Source of the DNA: a virus | Lineage: Duplodnaviria; Caudoviricetes | Strand: one strand, 5' to 3' | Virus record (IMG/VR): IMGVR_UViG_2824317532_000002 | Span: 24,871-88,870 of that record | DNA length: 64,000 nucleotides | In this document: piece after piece, positions 8,939 to 18,378 of the stretch | Layout: every line of letters starts with the position of its first letter | Numbering within the stretch: position 1 is the stretch's first letter | The notes under the pieces: model-generated | Databases searched by the model: none | Seen by the model: the letters and a program-made list of their open reading frames with translations, nothing else | Told to the model about the DNA's origin: nothing | Translations under genes and position numbers: made by a program

Positions 8939-10107
8939 TGCCGCTCCCCCAGGTAGTGCTCGACGCGGTCGGCCTGCTTCCGCAGGAAGGCCGCCATGTC
9001 CTCGGTGAAGAGGCCGGTCTCGCCGTACAGCACGGCGGCCTCGATGTCGGTGATGAAGCCGGACACCTCGGTCTGGAGCCGCTCGGCGACTCGGCGCGCG
9101 TGGGCGATCGCACGGCCCCGCTCGGCCTCGGCCTGGATCCGCTGCACCTCCTCCGGCGACAGCAGCGGCGGCCTGGCCGGCTCGGGCTCCGGCGCGGGCT
9201 CGTCGGTGGGCGGGTTGCAGCCCAGGCACAGGCCGCCGTCACCGTCGGCCCAGTGCTCGCCGGCCGGATCGCAGTCGCCGCACCGGCGATAGCCGGACGC
9301 GGCCGAGGCGAAGGGAACCCCGCCGCCGCACGCCTCGCAGGCGCGCCCGGCGGGAAGCTTGTCGGCCGCGACAGCGCCCACCACAGACGCGTCGCTTGCG
9401 TCGCCCGGGGCATCGGGCGACGGGAGGCCGGCCGACCGGCCCTCTCCCGGTGCGGGCACCGGGAGGTCTTCGGGGGGCTGCTCGGCGAGCGCCCACAGGT
9501 CCACCACGCGGTTGCCGTTCATCCCACGACCGGCAGGCTCGACCTGTCCGCCGTTGGCCAGCTCGCGGACCGCGGCCTCGATCTGGGCGATGACGATGCC
9601 CAACGGCCAGTCGCTGCCGCGGTCGGAGATCTGCGCGACCGAGGCACCGTTCGGGCCGACCTCGGCGAGGACCCGCAGGACCTCGGCGGCGATGGCCGGG
9701 GCGGGGTCGGCGCGCTCCTCGGCGGCGGGGCGGGCGGCGGGGCGGGCGCGGCCATCAAGGGAGACGATCCGCTCGGGCTGACCGTCTGAACCCTTTGTGT
9801 TCAGACGTTCGAGGTCCCGCATCACCTGGGTCTGGCCGATGCCGAGCGCCGAACCGATGGCCCGGGTCGACATCCCGGCACCGCGCAGCTCGGCCACGGC
9901 GGTCGGTCGGTCGCCGAGCGGCACCCGGACGTCGCCGAGCTCGGCCGCGCAGTACGCCTGCCACGACGCGTAGCCCAACGCCCGGTCCGCACGGCCCTCG
10001 AATGCCCGCTTAACCTTCGGAAGAAGGCCGTCCAGGTCCCGGCGGATCTCGGCGGTCAGCTCGCGCGCCTCGTCGGCGGTCAGTTCGATGGGGGCGAGGT
10101 CGCTCAT
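8935..10107 (-). CDS. HTH DNA-binding phage protein
   Basis: ALGYASWQAYC..EL; ELRGAGMSTRAIGSALGIGQTQVMRDL HTH; VSLDGRARP. Confidence 0.7.
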   Translation of the reverse strand: MSDLAPIELTADEARELTAEIRRDLDGLLPKVKRAFEGRADRALGYASWQAYCAAELGDVRVPLGDRPTAVAELRGAGMSTRAIGSALGIGQTQVMRDLERLNTKGSDGQPERIVSLDGRARPAARPAAEERADPAPAIAAEVLRVLAEVGPNGASVAQISDRGSDWPLGIVIAQIEAAVRELANGGQVEPAGRGMNGNRVVDLWALAEQPPEDLPVPAPGEGRSAGLPSPDAPGDASDASVVGAVAADKLPAGRACEACGGGVPFASAASGYRRCGDCDPAGEHWADGDGGLCLGCNPPTDEPAPEPEPARPPLLSPEEVQRIQAEAERGRAIAHARRVAERLQTEVSGFITDIEAAVLYGETGLFTEDMAAFLRKQADRVEHYLGERQ

Positions 10108-10334
10108 GCCGCGCTCCGCAGGCCCTCGATGTACTCCTCGAGCGCCTGGCGGGTGACCCTGCGGGAGCGGCCGATCTTGATGGACTTGATGACGCCCTCG
10201 TGGACCAGCTTCCACGCCTGGCGGTCACTGATGTCCAAGGCTCGGGCGGCGTTGGGGACGGTGTAAGCCAGCTGCCTGTTACCCACGAGCCCACCGTCGC
10301 GCTCGGGATTGATCGGCGTTGCAGCGTCATGCAT
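10104..10334 (-). CDS. xis: Excisionase/Cro-like HTH protein
   Basis: LAYTVPNAARALDISDRQAWKLVHEGVIKSIKIGRSRRV; divergent from repressor/integrase. Confidence 0.85.
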   Translation of the reverse strand: MHDAATPINPERDGGLVGNRQLAYTVPNAARALDISDRQAWKLVHEGVIKSIKIGRSRRVTRQALEEYIEGLRSAA

Positions 10335-10540
10335 GGGACTAACCTAGCGCGGTCCCATGCATGGCACCACTCATACTTTCGGCTGATTCGACCATGGGCC
10401 GCCATGACTACCGTGTAAACCATGCAACGCAGTGCAATCAGGCGATCAATACGCCAGAGACCGGGCACCCAGCGGCCGCCGCGCCGGTTTCGCGCACGGG
10501 ACCGTTCCCATCCGCGGGACAATCGTCCCGGAAATGGGAC
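10328..10540. promoter_or_regulatory. Divergent switch region with operator-like inverted repeat
   Basis: CATGCATGGGAC (10328-10339) / GTCCCATGCATG (10352-10363); further GGGAC/GTCCC half-sites at about 10498-10540. Confidence 0.6.
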
Positions 10541-10559
10541 TTACCGTGGCAGCGTGGCC

Positions 10560-10991
10560 ATGCCCCTAGACCCCGCCGTCGCTCGCGTACGCTTCGCCGC
10601 GTTCGTCACCCGCGCCCTCGAGCAGGCGCGCGCCAACGGCATGACGGATACGAAGATCTCCGAGATCAGTGGGGTCGGGTCGTCTACCTTCCACCGGTGG
10701 CGCCGCGGTGAAGGCCGTGACCTCCCCCAGCTCGAGCGGGTCCGTCGCTTCTGCACGGCCGTCGGGGCCAGCATCGATGACGCGATGGCCGCGCTCGGCA
10801 TGACGGACGCCGCCCCCACGCCCACGCCCGGACCGCCGCTCCCCCGCGACGTCCAGATCATCATGCGCCGGCTCGCAGACCCGACCACTCCCGAAGTCGA
10901 GAAGGACTTCATCCGCAAGTCCCTGCAAATGCTCGCCGGCCGTGTTGCCGCCGATGAGCGAGCAGAGCAGAGGACGCGCAACGCAGGCTAG
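10560..10991 (+). CDS. XRE-family prophage repressor
   Basis: MTDTKISEISGVGSSTFHRWRRG HTH; directly upstream of integrase. Confidence 0.8.
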   Translation: MPLDPAVARVRFAAFVTRALEQARANGMTDTKISEISGVGSSTFHRWRRGEGRDLPQLERVRRFCTAVGASIDDAMAALGMTDAAPTPTPGPPLPRDVQIIMRRLADPTTPEVEKDFIRKSLQMLAGRVAADERAEQRTRNAG

Positions 10992-10999
10992 GAGCAGCG

Positions 11000-12280
11000 A
11001 TGCCCCGCAATCGGTACCCGACTATCAGGAAAGGCGCCGATGGGCTCTGGCACGCCTGGATCACCGTCGGCACCAAGCCCAACGGCCGCCCCGACCAGCG
11101 GCACATCAAGCGCGAGACCAAGACCTTGGTCGAGGACCGCATCGACGAGCTACTCGACCAGGTCCGCGGCGGCGCCGTCGTCAAGCCGGGCCGGCCGGAC
11201 AGTGTCGCCCAGTGGCTCGACACCTACCTCACTACGGTCGCCCCGCGGCGGTGCGACCCGGGGACCGTCAAGGACTACCGGTCGAAGATCGACCATTGGG
11301 TGCTGCCGGTGATCGGCTCGACCCGGCTCGACCGGCTCCAGCCGCACCAGCTCGAGGAGGTCTACCTCGGCATGCAGCGGGCCGGCCGGGCCGACTCCAC
11401 TCAGCTCAAGGTGCACCGCATCCTGTCGCGCGCCCTCGAGGTGGCCCTGCGACGGCGCCTGGTGACCCGTAACGTCGCGAAGCTCATCGACGCGCCCACG
11501 ACGGAGCAGATCGAACAGGCCGCCCTGACGCGGGAGGACGCTGTCGCGGTGCTCGACGCCGCAGCCGGTCGGCGTAACGCCACCCGGTGGTCGCTGGCCC
11601 TGGCGTTGGGCCTGCGTCAGGGTGAGGCGCTCGGGTTGCGCTGGTCCCATGTCGACCTGGACCGCGGTGAGATCCGCGTGTTCTGGCAGTTGCGACGCAG
11701 AGCTTTCGACCACGGTTGCGACGGGGCGTGCGGCCGGCGGCGGGGCGGGAACTGCCCACAGCGGTCCATGACGCTGCGGTCCGCGGAGTCGACGGTGCTC
11801 GACCTGTCGAAGCCGCCGGACAGCGACCGCCGCACCGGGCTGGTGCTCAAGAGCCCGAAGGGCAAGAGCAAGCGGACCGTGCCGATCCCGGACCAGCTGA
11901 TCGAGCAACTGCGGCGGCATCAGACGGAGCAGGGCATCGAGCGGATCCTGGCCGACGACGCGTGGCAGGACCACGGGTTCGTGTTCGCGCGTCTCGACGG
12001 ACAGCCGATCGATCCCGGACCGGACCACCGGGAGTGGAAGGCGCTCCTGTCGGCGGCCGGCGTGCCGGAGAGCCGGCTTCACGACGCCCGGCACACGGCG
12101 GGAACGATGATGGCCGCGCTCGGTGTGCCCCTCCAGGTGGTGCAGGAGGTGCTCGGGCACTCCGACCTTCGGACGGCCCGGCGGTATGTGCACGTGGCCA
12201 GCGAGATGGCCCGCGCGGCTACGGAGCGCATCGGCGGGGCACTGTTCCGGGAGGTAGTACACCCTGACCTACACCCTTGA
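11000..12280 (+). CDS. int: Tyrosine integrase
   Basis: LGLRQGEALGLRW, RLHDARH, LGHS..TARRYVH catalytic residues. Confidence 0.95.
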   Translation: MPRNRYPTIRKGADGLWHAWITVGTKPNGRPDQRHIKRETKTLVEDRIDELLDQVRGGAVVKPGRPDSVAQWLDTYLTTVAPRRCDPGTVKDYRSKIDHWVLPVIGSTRLDRLQPHQLEEVYLGMQRAGRADSTQLKVHRILSRALEVALRRRLVTRNVAKLIDAPTTEQIEQAALTREDAVAVLDAAAGRRNATRWSLALALGLRQGEALGLRWSHVDLDRGEIRVFWQLRRRAFDHGCDGACGRRRGGNCPQRSMTLRSAESTVLDLSKPPDSDRRTGLVLKSPKGKSKRTVPIPDQLIEQLRRHQTEQGIERILADDAWQDHGFVFARLDGQPIDPGPDHREWKALLSAAGVPESRLHDARHTAGTMMAALGVPLQVVQEVLGHSDLRTARRYVHVASEMARAATERIGGALFREVVHPDLHP

Positions 12281-12298
12281 TCTTGCCGGAACGAAAAC

Positions 12299-12344
12299 GA
12301 GAGGGCCCGCTACCTGGGCAAACACCCTGGTAGCGGGCCCTCTC
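12299..12344. terminator. Hairpin terminator between convergent int and tRNA
   Basis: GAGAGGGCCCGCTACC...GGTAGCGGGCCCTCTC inverted repeat; GTTTT follows on the minus strand. Confidence 0.75.
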
Positions 12345-12353
12345 GGTACCCTG

Positions 12354-12427
12354 AGCCGCCTGTCGGAATCGAACCGACGACCTACGCATTACGAGTGCGT
12401 CGCTCTAGCCGACTGAGCTAAGGCGGC
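12354..12427 (-). tRNA. tRNA-Thr(CGT); probable attachment site of prophage A
   Basis: Minus strand GCCGCCTTAGCTCAGTCGGCTAGAGCGACGCACTCGTAATGCGTAGGTCGTCGGTTCGATTCCGACAGGCGGCT; anticodon loop CT-CGT-AA. Confidence 0.95.
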
Positions 12428-12485
12428 AACGGTTAGTCATCCTACTGCATAGACGGACACCCGCTCATCGGGGGAGGATCGTTCG

Positions 12486-14195
12486 GTGGCCATCGTTCCC
12501 CGACAGCATCCTGCCCGGCCCGAGACGAATGTGCCGAACCGGCCACGCAGCCTCGACCCACAGGAGCTCGGCTTCACCCGGAAAGGGCCGATCGGCTGGC
12601 TGGCGCCGTTGCTCCTGCTCAGCACCGGGTTGCGGGCGGTGCTGCACCTGTTCTTCGGGGCGTACCTGGACAAGCGTGAACTCCAGAACGCGCTGGACGG
12701 CGACGTCTTCGACCACTCCACCACGGCGACCGGCGAGCTGTGGCTGGACTACGTGGCCGACCTGGGGGACGGGTTCGACGCGACGTACTCGGTGGCGTAC
12801 CTGTTGTCGCAGGAGGAGCTGGAGGTCGACGGCGAGCGGCTGCCCCGCGGCCGGCTGCTGCTGATGGGCGGCGACCAGGTGTACCCGCTGGCCAGCGGCG
12901 ACGGCTACGAGAACCGGATGAAGGGCCCGTACCGTGCGGCTCTTCCGGAGGCGCCGGCCGGTGCGCCGCGGCCGACCCTGTTCGCGCTGCCCGGCAACCA
13001 CGACTGGTACGACGGGCTCACCGCCTTCCTGCGCCTGTTCGCCCGGCGTAAGGACGGGCACATCGGCGGCTGGCGTACCGAGCAGCGCCGGTCGTACTTC
13101 GCGGTGAAGCTGCCCGCCGACTGGTGGCTGTTCGCGGTGGACGAGCAGTTCGGGGCGTACATCGACGACCCGCAGCTGCTGTACTTCGAGAAGGCCGCCG
13201 AGCAGGTCGGCCCGGACGACCGGGTCATCATCATGACGCCGTCGCCGACGTGGGTGAAGGCGAAGGACAACCCGCACGCGTACGACGCCGTCGACTACTT
13301 CATCCGGACCATCGTGGCGCCGACACAGGCCCAGGTGCGGGTGCTGGTGTCCGGGGACCTGCACCACTACGCGCGCTTCTCCGGGGAGGACCGGGAGCTG
13401 ATCACCTGCGGGGGCGGTGGGGCGTACACGCTGGGCACCCAGAACCTGCCGGACCACATCATGGTGCCGCCGAAGGAGACGTTGACCCGCAGCCGGAGCC
13501 GCAGCCTCCGGTACGACCTGCGCGGCACCTTCCCGGACGCGCCGACCTCACGGCGGATGGGCTGGGGCGTCTTCCACCGGATCCCGTGGCGCAACGCCAA
13601 TTTCGCCAACCTGCTCGGCGTCATCCACACGCTGACCATGCTGGCCATGGCGGGCGCGGCCAGTCAGGGCGGCAACATCCAGCGGCTGTTCAGCATCCCG
13701 CTGGTGCTCATGCTCGTACTGATCATGGCCGGAACCATCGCCTTCGCGAAACCGGACGGCCATGCCCGGCACTGGGTCCTCGGGGTGGCACACGGTCTGA
13801 CCCAGATCGCCCTGGCGATCGGCGGCACGTGGGTGTGGTTGCAGCTCCCGTTCCGCGACTGGCCATGGCCGGGCCCACTGGCGGTGGCCGCCTTCGTCTA
13901 CGGCCCGCTGATCGCGATCCTGTCCAGTCAGGTGGTGGCGCTCTACCTGCTGATCGCCGCCCGTTTCAACGTCAATCTCAACGAGCTCTTCGCCGGCCAG
14001 GGCATCGAGGACGCCAAAAGCTTCCTGCGCATGCACATCACGCTCGACGGCTCACTCACCATCCACCCGATCGGCGTCGACCGGATCTGTCACGAGTGGG
14101 TGGCCGACCCTGACGGCGATCCGCACGAGTCCTGGCTGCGCCCGGCCACACCGTTGACCGCGCACCGCATCGAGCCTCCGATCAGGATCAACTGA
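12486..14195 (+). CDS. Host calcineurin-like metallophosphoesterase with C-terminal membrane segments
   Basis: DLGDG, GGDQVYP, PGNHDWYD, GDLHHY motifs; host-like GC3. Confidence 0.85.
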   Translation: MAIVPRQHPARPETNVPNRPRSLDPQELGFTRKGPIGWLAPLLLLSTGLRAVLHLFFGAYLDKRELQNALDGDVFDHSTTATGELWLDYVADLGDGFDATYSVAYLLSQEELEVDGERLPRGRLLLMGGDQVYPLASGDGYENRMKGPYRAALPEAPAGAPRPTLFALPGNHDWYDGLTAFLRLFARRKDGHIGGWRTEQRRSYFAVKLPADWWLFAVDEQFGAYIDDPQLLYFEKAAEQVGPDDRVIIMTPSPTWVKAKDNPHAYDAVDYFIRTIVAPTQAQVRVLVSGDLHHYARFSGEDRELITCGGGGAYTLGTQNLPDHIMVPPKETLTRSRSRSLRYDLRGTFPDAPTSRRMGWGVFHRIPWRNANFANLLGVIHTLTMLAMAGAASQGGNIQRLFSIPLVLMLVLIMAGTIAFAKPDGHARHWVLGVAHGLTQIALAIGGTWVWLQLPFRDWPWPGPLAVAAFVYGPLIAILSSQVVALYLLIAARFNVNLNELFAGQGIEDAKSFLRMHITLDGSLTIHPIGVDRICHEWVADPDGDPHESWLRPATPLTAHRIEPPIRIN

Positions 14196-14340
14196 AAACC
14201 CATCAAGGGGTACGCGCGAACACCGCCCCCGCCGAATCCGGCCCGTCCCGCCGGTTCCACGCGAGCCTCTGCCCATCCACGCCCGGTGCCGCGCCCGCCG
14301 GGCGGAGCTGCCCACTCACCCTCGCCGGCAGGAACTTCTC

Positions 14341-14553
14341 CTACTCGGCGTTGTAGTGGGCGTCGTGGGCCTGGCGGGGAGCGCAGACCGAGGCGCGGCT
14401 GCAGGAGCAGCGGGAGCCGTCGGCGTCCATGCGGACCACGACCGCGTCCTTGGGGACGCTGTGGGCCACCACCCGGCCGTCGCCCTCGGGCGTGGTGACG
14501 CGGGATCCGACGGCCGGGGCCGAGGCCTGGAACTTCTGGTACAGAGGGTGTTC
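14341..14553 (-). pseudogene. 3' fragment of PSP1/RicT(YaaT)-family host gene, interrupted by prophage B
   Basis: Reads EHPLYQKFQASAPAVGSRVTTPEGDGRVVAHSVPKDAVVVRMDADGSRCSCSRASVC...*, matching the sequence that follows CGRLMCCLKY in PSP1 proteins; in-frame TAA just upstream and no start codon. Confidence 0.75.
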
Positions 14554-14580
14554 TTACTTGTTCGTAGCCCACTCTAAACG
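14530..14580. other. Probable attachment junction of prophage B
   Basis: Host frame breaks here, AT content rises, serine integrase starts about 45-70 bp away. Confidence 0.6.
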
Positions 14581-14621
14581 TAGACTCGACTCATGACAAC
14601 TCCCCTCCTTATCGGTCAGCG

Positions 14622-16178
14622 ATGACGCCGCCGCAGATTAAGTCCAAGGCTCGGCTTCGGGCGATGCGCATCGGCCAGCCGGGCATGCAGGCGGCCATCC
14701 CTCGCGTGATCATCTACCTGCGGATGAGCCTCGACAAGACCGGCGAGGGCGCTGGCCTCGAACGGCAGGAGCAAGCATGTCGGGCACTCTGCCTGGCTCG
14801 CGGCTGGGAGGTAGTCGCCGTCGTCGAGGACACGGTCTCGGCCACCGATTGGCGGCTCGCCGACCGGGCCGGCTGGTCGCAGGTGGTCACGGCGATCGAG
14901 GCCGGCGAAGCCGATCTGGTGGTTGCCTGGCACCTCGACCGAGTAACCCGCGACATGCGCGACCTCGAAGCACTGATCGAGCTTGCCATTGACAAGGGCA
15001 TCGGTCTGGCCACCGCGACCGGCGACATCGACCTCACGACCGACGTGGGCCGCATGGTGGCCCGCATCCTGGCCGCCGTTGCGACCGCCGAGGGTGAACG
15101 GAAAGCCGAGCGACAGATTCTGGCCAGCGATCAGCGGGTCGCCCGGGGTAAGCCCAACTGGATTCGCCGCCCGTTCGGATTTAACAAGGATGGCACGCAC
15201 GTTCCCGACGAGGCTGCCGCGATCAAGCAGGCGTACTACGACTTAGTCAAGGGCAAGGCGCTCACGGCCATCGCCGCGGACTGGAACGAGAAGGGATTCC
15301 GCACGAGCGCACCCAGCGAGGAGGAGGCCCGGCCACGGGCACCTCGTCAGCGCGCCTATAACCCTACCGGCCTGTGGGGCAACGTCGCAGTGAGGCTCCT
15401 ACTACGCAACCCGCGCAACATGGGCATGATCACCCTCTACGGGGAGATCATGGGCAAGGGTTCGTGGAAGCCGATCATCGACGAGGCGACCTTCCTCAAG
15501 GTTGACAAGCTTCTCGCGGACCGGCAGCGGCCCGAGTCCCTCAAGGGCAAGCTGGCCAACCTGCTTTCGGGCATCGCGGAATGCGGCGTGTGCGGCGGCC
15601 CGGTACAGGCGACCAAGCGAAACGATGAGCCGCTCTACACCTGCAAGGGCAACAAGTGGAAACCGGAGGAAGGCCGGGGCCACACGTCCCTCCCGCTCGA
15701 CTATGCGGAGGGCCTGGTTCTGCGCCGGCTAGTAGAGCAGATGAAGCGAACGAATCGGGTGTCGTTCCATCCGATGCCGACTGGGGTTGACGTGAGTCCG
15801 CTGGAGGCGCGCGAGCGAGCGATTGACAAGCGGCTCAACGAGCTAATCGTGGAAGAGGTGACTGGCAAGATCACTCGCCAGCAGTTGCATGCGGGTACCG
15901 CAGAGCTGCGTCACGAACTGGCTGGCATTCAGATGGAGATCGCCAGGGCGGGCAGCTTCGGGCCGGTGAAGACCATCGACATCGAGGCGGCTTACGAGGA
16001 GTTCGGCGCCCTGGACTTGGGCGAGCAGCGTGGCATCCTCAGCGATGCGTTCCAGTTCATTCGGCTCATTCAGCGCGGACGGGGGCGGCCACGGGCCGGC
16101 GAGCCGATCTGGAAACCCGAGCACCTTGAAACTGAGTTCACGCCCGAGTGGCAACGAGTGTTCGAGCCGAAAGCCTGA
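14622..16178 (+). CDS. int: Large serine integrase
   Basis: IYLRMS catalytic motif, LERQEQAC, VAWHLDRVTR, recombinase domain, CGVCG zinc ribbon, coiled coil. Confidence 0.93.
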   Translation: MTPPQIKSKARLRAMRIGQPGMQAAIPRVIIYLRMSLDKTGEGAGLERQEQACRALCLARGWEVVAVVEDTVSATDWRLADRAGWSQVVTAIEAGEADLVVAWHLDRVTRDMRDLEALIELAIDKGIGLATATGDIDLTTDVGRMVARILAAVATAEGERKAERQILASDQRVARGKPNWIRRPFGFNKDGTHVPDEAAAIKQAYYDLVKGKALTAIAADWNEKGFRTSAPSEEEARPRAPRQRAYNPTGLWGNVAVRLLLRNPRNMGMITLYGEIMGKGSWKPIIDEATFLKVDKLLADRQRPESLKGKLANLLSGIAECGVCGGPVQATKRNDEPLYTCKGNKWKPEEGRGHTSLPLDYAEGLVLRRLVEQMKRTNRVSFHPMPTGVDVSPLEARERAIDKRLNELIVEEVTGKITRQQLHAGTAELRHELAGIQMEIARAGSFGPVKTIDIEAAYEEFGALDLGEQRGILSDAFQFIRLIQRGRGRPRAGEPIWKPEHLETEFTPEWQRVFEPKA

Positions 16179-16203
16179 TGGCGGGGCGGCGTACCCTGGC
16201 CAG

Positions 16204-16467
16204 GTGGATGACCTGTATGCGGTTGAGATCCCGCTCGATCCGGCAACCGCGCGATGGGTGGCCGAGAAGGCGCAAGCCCTGACTCAGGGCAATGAGGGCC
16301 GGTACATCGGCAAGCTCCTGCAACTCCTGCGTGAGCAGGAGGAGGAGCGCCGGGCCCTCGGGCTGCTCGACGGCGAGCCGTTGCCGCCGCATGCGTGGGG
16401 CGTCCTGCAGAGGGAGAACATCGAGCGGGCTAAGAGCGCCGCTTCACTGGATACTCGTCTATGGTGA
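16204..16467 (+). CDS. Small hypothetical protein downstream of integrase
   Basis: GTG start, coding-like composition. Confidence 0.4.
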   Translation: MDDLYAVEIPLDPATARWVAEKAQALTQGNEGRYIGKLLQLLREQEEERRALGLLDGEPLPPHAWGVLQRENIERAKSAASLDTRLW

Positions 16468-16608
16468 CGGGCTCCCGCTCGGGAGGGTCGCTGACGAGGG
16501 GCGGGTCCTCTACCTGCAGATCCAGCCAGATGAGCTGGAAGCCAGCAAGCTCGAAGACCCGCACCGCCTCGATCTCGATCAGGAGCACGCCCTCAGGCTA
16601 GGGCCCGT

Positions 16609-17019
16609 TCAGCCGACGCTCTCGATTTCCGCCAGGAACAGGGGCAGTGCAGTGATGTTCATGGGATTCACCCAGGCGGGCTTGGAGCGCTTGCTTCCGG
16701 ACCACCCGCTGGCGCGCTCGGTGAGCACCTGAACGGTGATGACCTCGTACGGCTCCTCGTAGCGAACCATCGGCCGGGGCGGGGTCAGCCAGTCCGCGAT
16801 GAAGTCGGCATCCTCGCCGGGCTCGGCCTCGCGGGCGCGACGTCCTATCCTCTGCTCGACCTTGATCTGCTTGACCTCGCCGACGGCCATCTGCTGTCCC
16901 CGGCCTGCCCCGATGCAGTAGATGACCCGCTCGCCGACCCGAAACCGGTTGCCGAGCCAGTCGACCGCGGAGACCGGTGCGCCGTTCTCGTCGTACTCAG
17001 GGCTGCTGGGTTTGCTCAC
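16609..17019 (-). CDS. Hypothetical phage protein (SH3/KOW-like start)
   Basis: DWLGNRFRVGERVIY; last gene of the leftward arm. Confidence 0.65.
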   Translation of the reverse strand: MSKPSSPEYDENGAPVSAVDWLGNRFRVGERVIYCIGAGRGQQMAVGEVKQIKVEQRIGRRAREAEPGEDADFIADWLTPPRPMVRYEEPYEVITVQVLTERASGWSGSKRSKPAWVNPMNITALPLFLAEIESVG

Positions 17020-17438
17020 AGGCTGGCCGCCTGAGTGATGCCGGCAGCCTCGGCCTGGTCGAGGATCTCTGCCTCCTGGCGGGCGAGTTCGTGTTCGGCG
17101 TAGGTGATCGTGTCGTACTGCTCGATGTGGTAGAACCGGCCGCCTCGCTGGCGAACGACCCGCTCCAGCTCCGCCCAGAACCGTTCGCTGTGCTTGGTGT
17201 CCGTGGTGAATGCGTTCGGGGTGACGTATACGTGGCGGAACCGCCGACCGAGCAGCCTCTCGGCCGCGTTCGTGCTGTAGACCTGGTTGTCGCGGAACTG
17301 CGGGAAGTCGGTGGCTTCCCTGATCCAGGCGACAACGAGGATGTCGTCGGGGTGGGCCGGCTCGACGTAGCCGACGAGGGCGGCTTCGGTCTTGCCGTTT
17401 ACCGGCTGGTCGATGACGGCGATTTCGATATCGGTCAC
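17016..17438 (-). CDS. Hypothetical phage protein
   Basis: GTGA-coupled ORF. Confidence 0.6.
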   Translation of the reverse strand: MTDIEIAVIDQPVNGKTEAALVGYVEPAHPDDILVVAWIREATDFPQFRDNQVYSTNAAERLLGRRFRHVYVTPNAFTTDTKHSERFWAELERVVRQRGGRFYHIEQYDTITYAEHELARQEAEILDQAEAAGITQAASL

Positions 17439-17656
17439 TGGTAGGTCTCCGTCACGTCGATGGGAGCGGCTGCGATGAGGTGGATGCGGAGGGAGTCGAT
17501 GCGGCCGGGGTCGACGTTGTTGCGGAACCAGGCCAGCGCGAGCTTGAGGGCCCGCTCACCCTCGTAGTAGCGGGGCTTGAGGGCGCGGCCCTCGACCGTG
17601 ATGTTGAGCCGGAATATCGGAACCAGCATGCGGCCAGGTGTCGAGTAAACACTCAC
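17435..17656 (-). CDS. Hypothetical phage protein
   Basis: GTG overlapping the thyX stop; MSVYSTPGRML... Confidence 0.5.
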   Translation of the reverse strand: MSVYSTPGRMLVPIFRLNITVEGRALKPRYYEGERALKLALAWFRNNVDPGRIDSLRIHLIAAAPIDVTETYQ

Positions 17657-18378
17657 GGCGCAACGCGCCCGTGCTTGTTGAACGCGCGCCACGTGACAGG
17701 CATGAGGTCGGCGAAGTATTCCTCGACCTGCTGGGCGGCCCGATCGATTTCCCACAGCGGGTGCGTCGGGAAGTATCGCTCGGCGGTCGCCGTGGATCGA
17801 AGGCTCAGGAAGTTGAGCAGCGACCGAGCGTTGATCGTCCAGAAAAACGACGTGAACACGTTGACTGGGAGAACCTGCCGAGCAACTTCGCGGGCAGCCC
17901 CGGAGGCCAGGAGTGCCTCGTACCGGCGATACGATTCCGTCGAATTTTGCATGATCGTGCTGGCGACGACCTCGTGCAGTTCGTCGCCGCCGTCAACCAG
18001 CTCGTAGCTCGTTGCCTTGCCGATCTGCATGGTGGGGCGCGCACGCGGCGGCACGTAGAACCGGGGTGCGAGCACCTTGTAGCGGGCGCTTTCCTCGTTG
18101 AACGAGGAGATCCGGTGTGTACGCCACTCGCGGATGACAAAGATCGGCGTCTCAATGAAGAACCGCAACGTGCAGTGCTCGAATGGCGTGCCGTGCCGAT
18201 CGCGCATCAGGAAGCTGATGAAGCGGTCCGGGTCGGTTGCGGCGATACCCTGACGGCGCGCCTCGTCGATCAGGTTGACGCCTTGCGTGCTGACGCGGGC
18301 GGCCCTAATCACGTCGAGGTCGTCGGACATGTGGTTGTCCAGCTCCACGGTGGAGTGCGTACGGAACTCGATGGTCAC
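17653..18378 (-). CDS. thyX: Flavin-dependent thymidylate synthase
   Basis: AARVS, RHGTPFEH, THRISSFNEESARY, AREVAR.VLP, NARSLLNFLSLR, WEI. Confidence 0.93.
   Translation of the reverse strand: MTIEFRTHSTVELDNHMSDDLDVIRAARVSTQGVNLIDEARRQGIAATDPDRFISFLMRDRHGTPFEHCTLRFFIETPIFVIREWRTHRISSFNEESARYKVLAPRFYVPPRARPTMQIGKATSYELVDGGDELHEVVASTIMQNSTESYRRYEALLASGAAREVARQVLPVNVFTSFFWTINARSLLNFLSLRSTATAERYFPTHPLWEIDRAAQQVEEYFADLMPVTWRAFNKHGRVAP

Larger units (their letters stand above)
1..12353. mobile_element. Prophage A, right end (truncated by window), tyrosine-integrase type, integrated at tRNA-Thr
   Basis: Tightly overlapped small leftward phage ORFs, RecT/YqaJ pair, HJ resolvase, divergent xis/repressor, integrase converging on a tRNA 3' end. 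Confidence 0.9.

Noticed and set aside
8212-9789. Long plus-strand ORFs in prophage A, and long antisense ORFs over terL, tape measure and RNR
   Set aside because: High-GC shadow ORFs opposite well-supported genes
14090-14572. 160-aa ORF from the track
   Set aside because: Arg/Gly/Pro-rich shadow frame; the neighbouring frame encodes the recognisable PSP1 C-terminus
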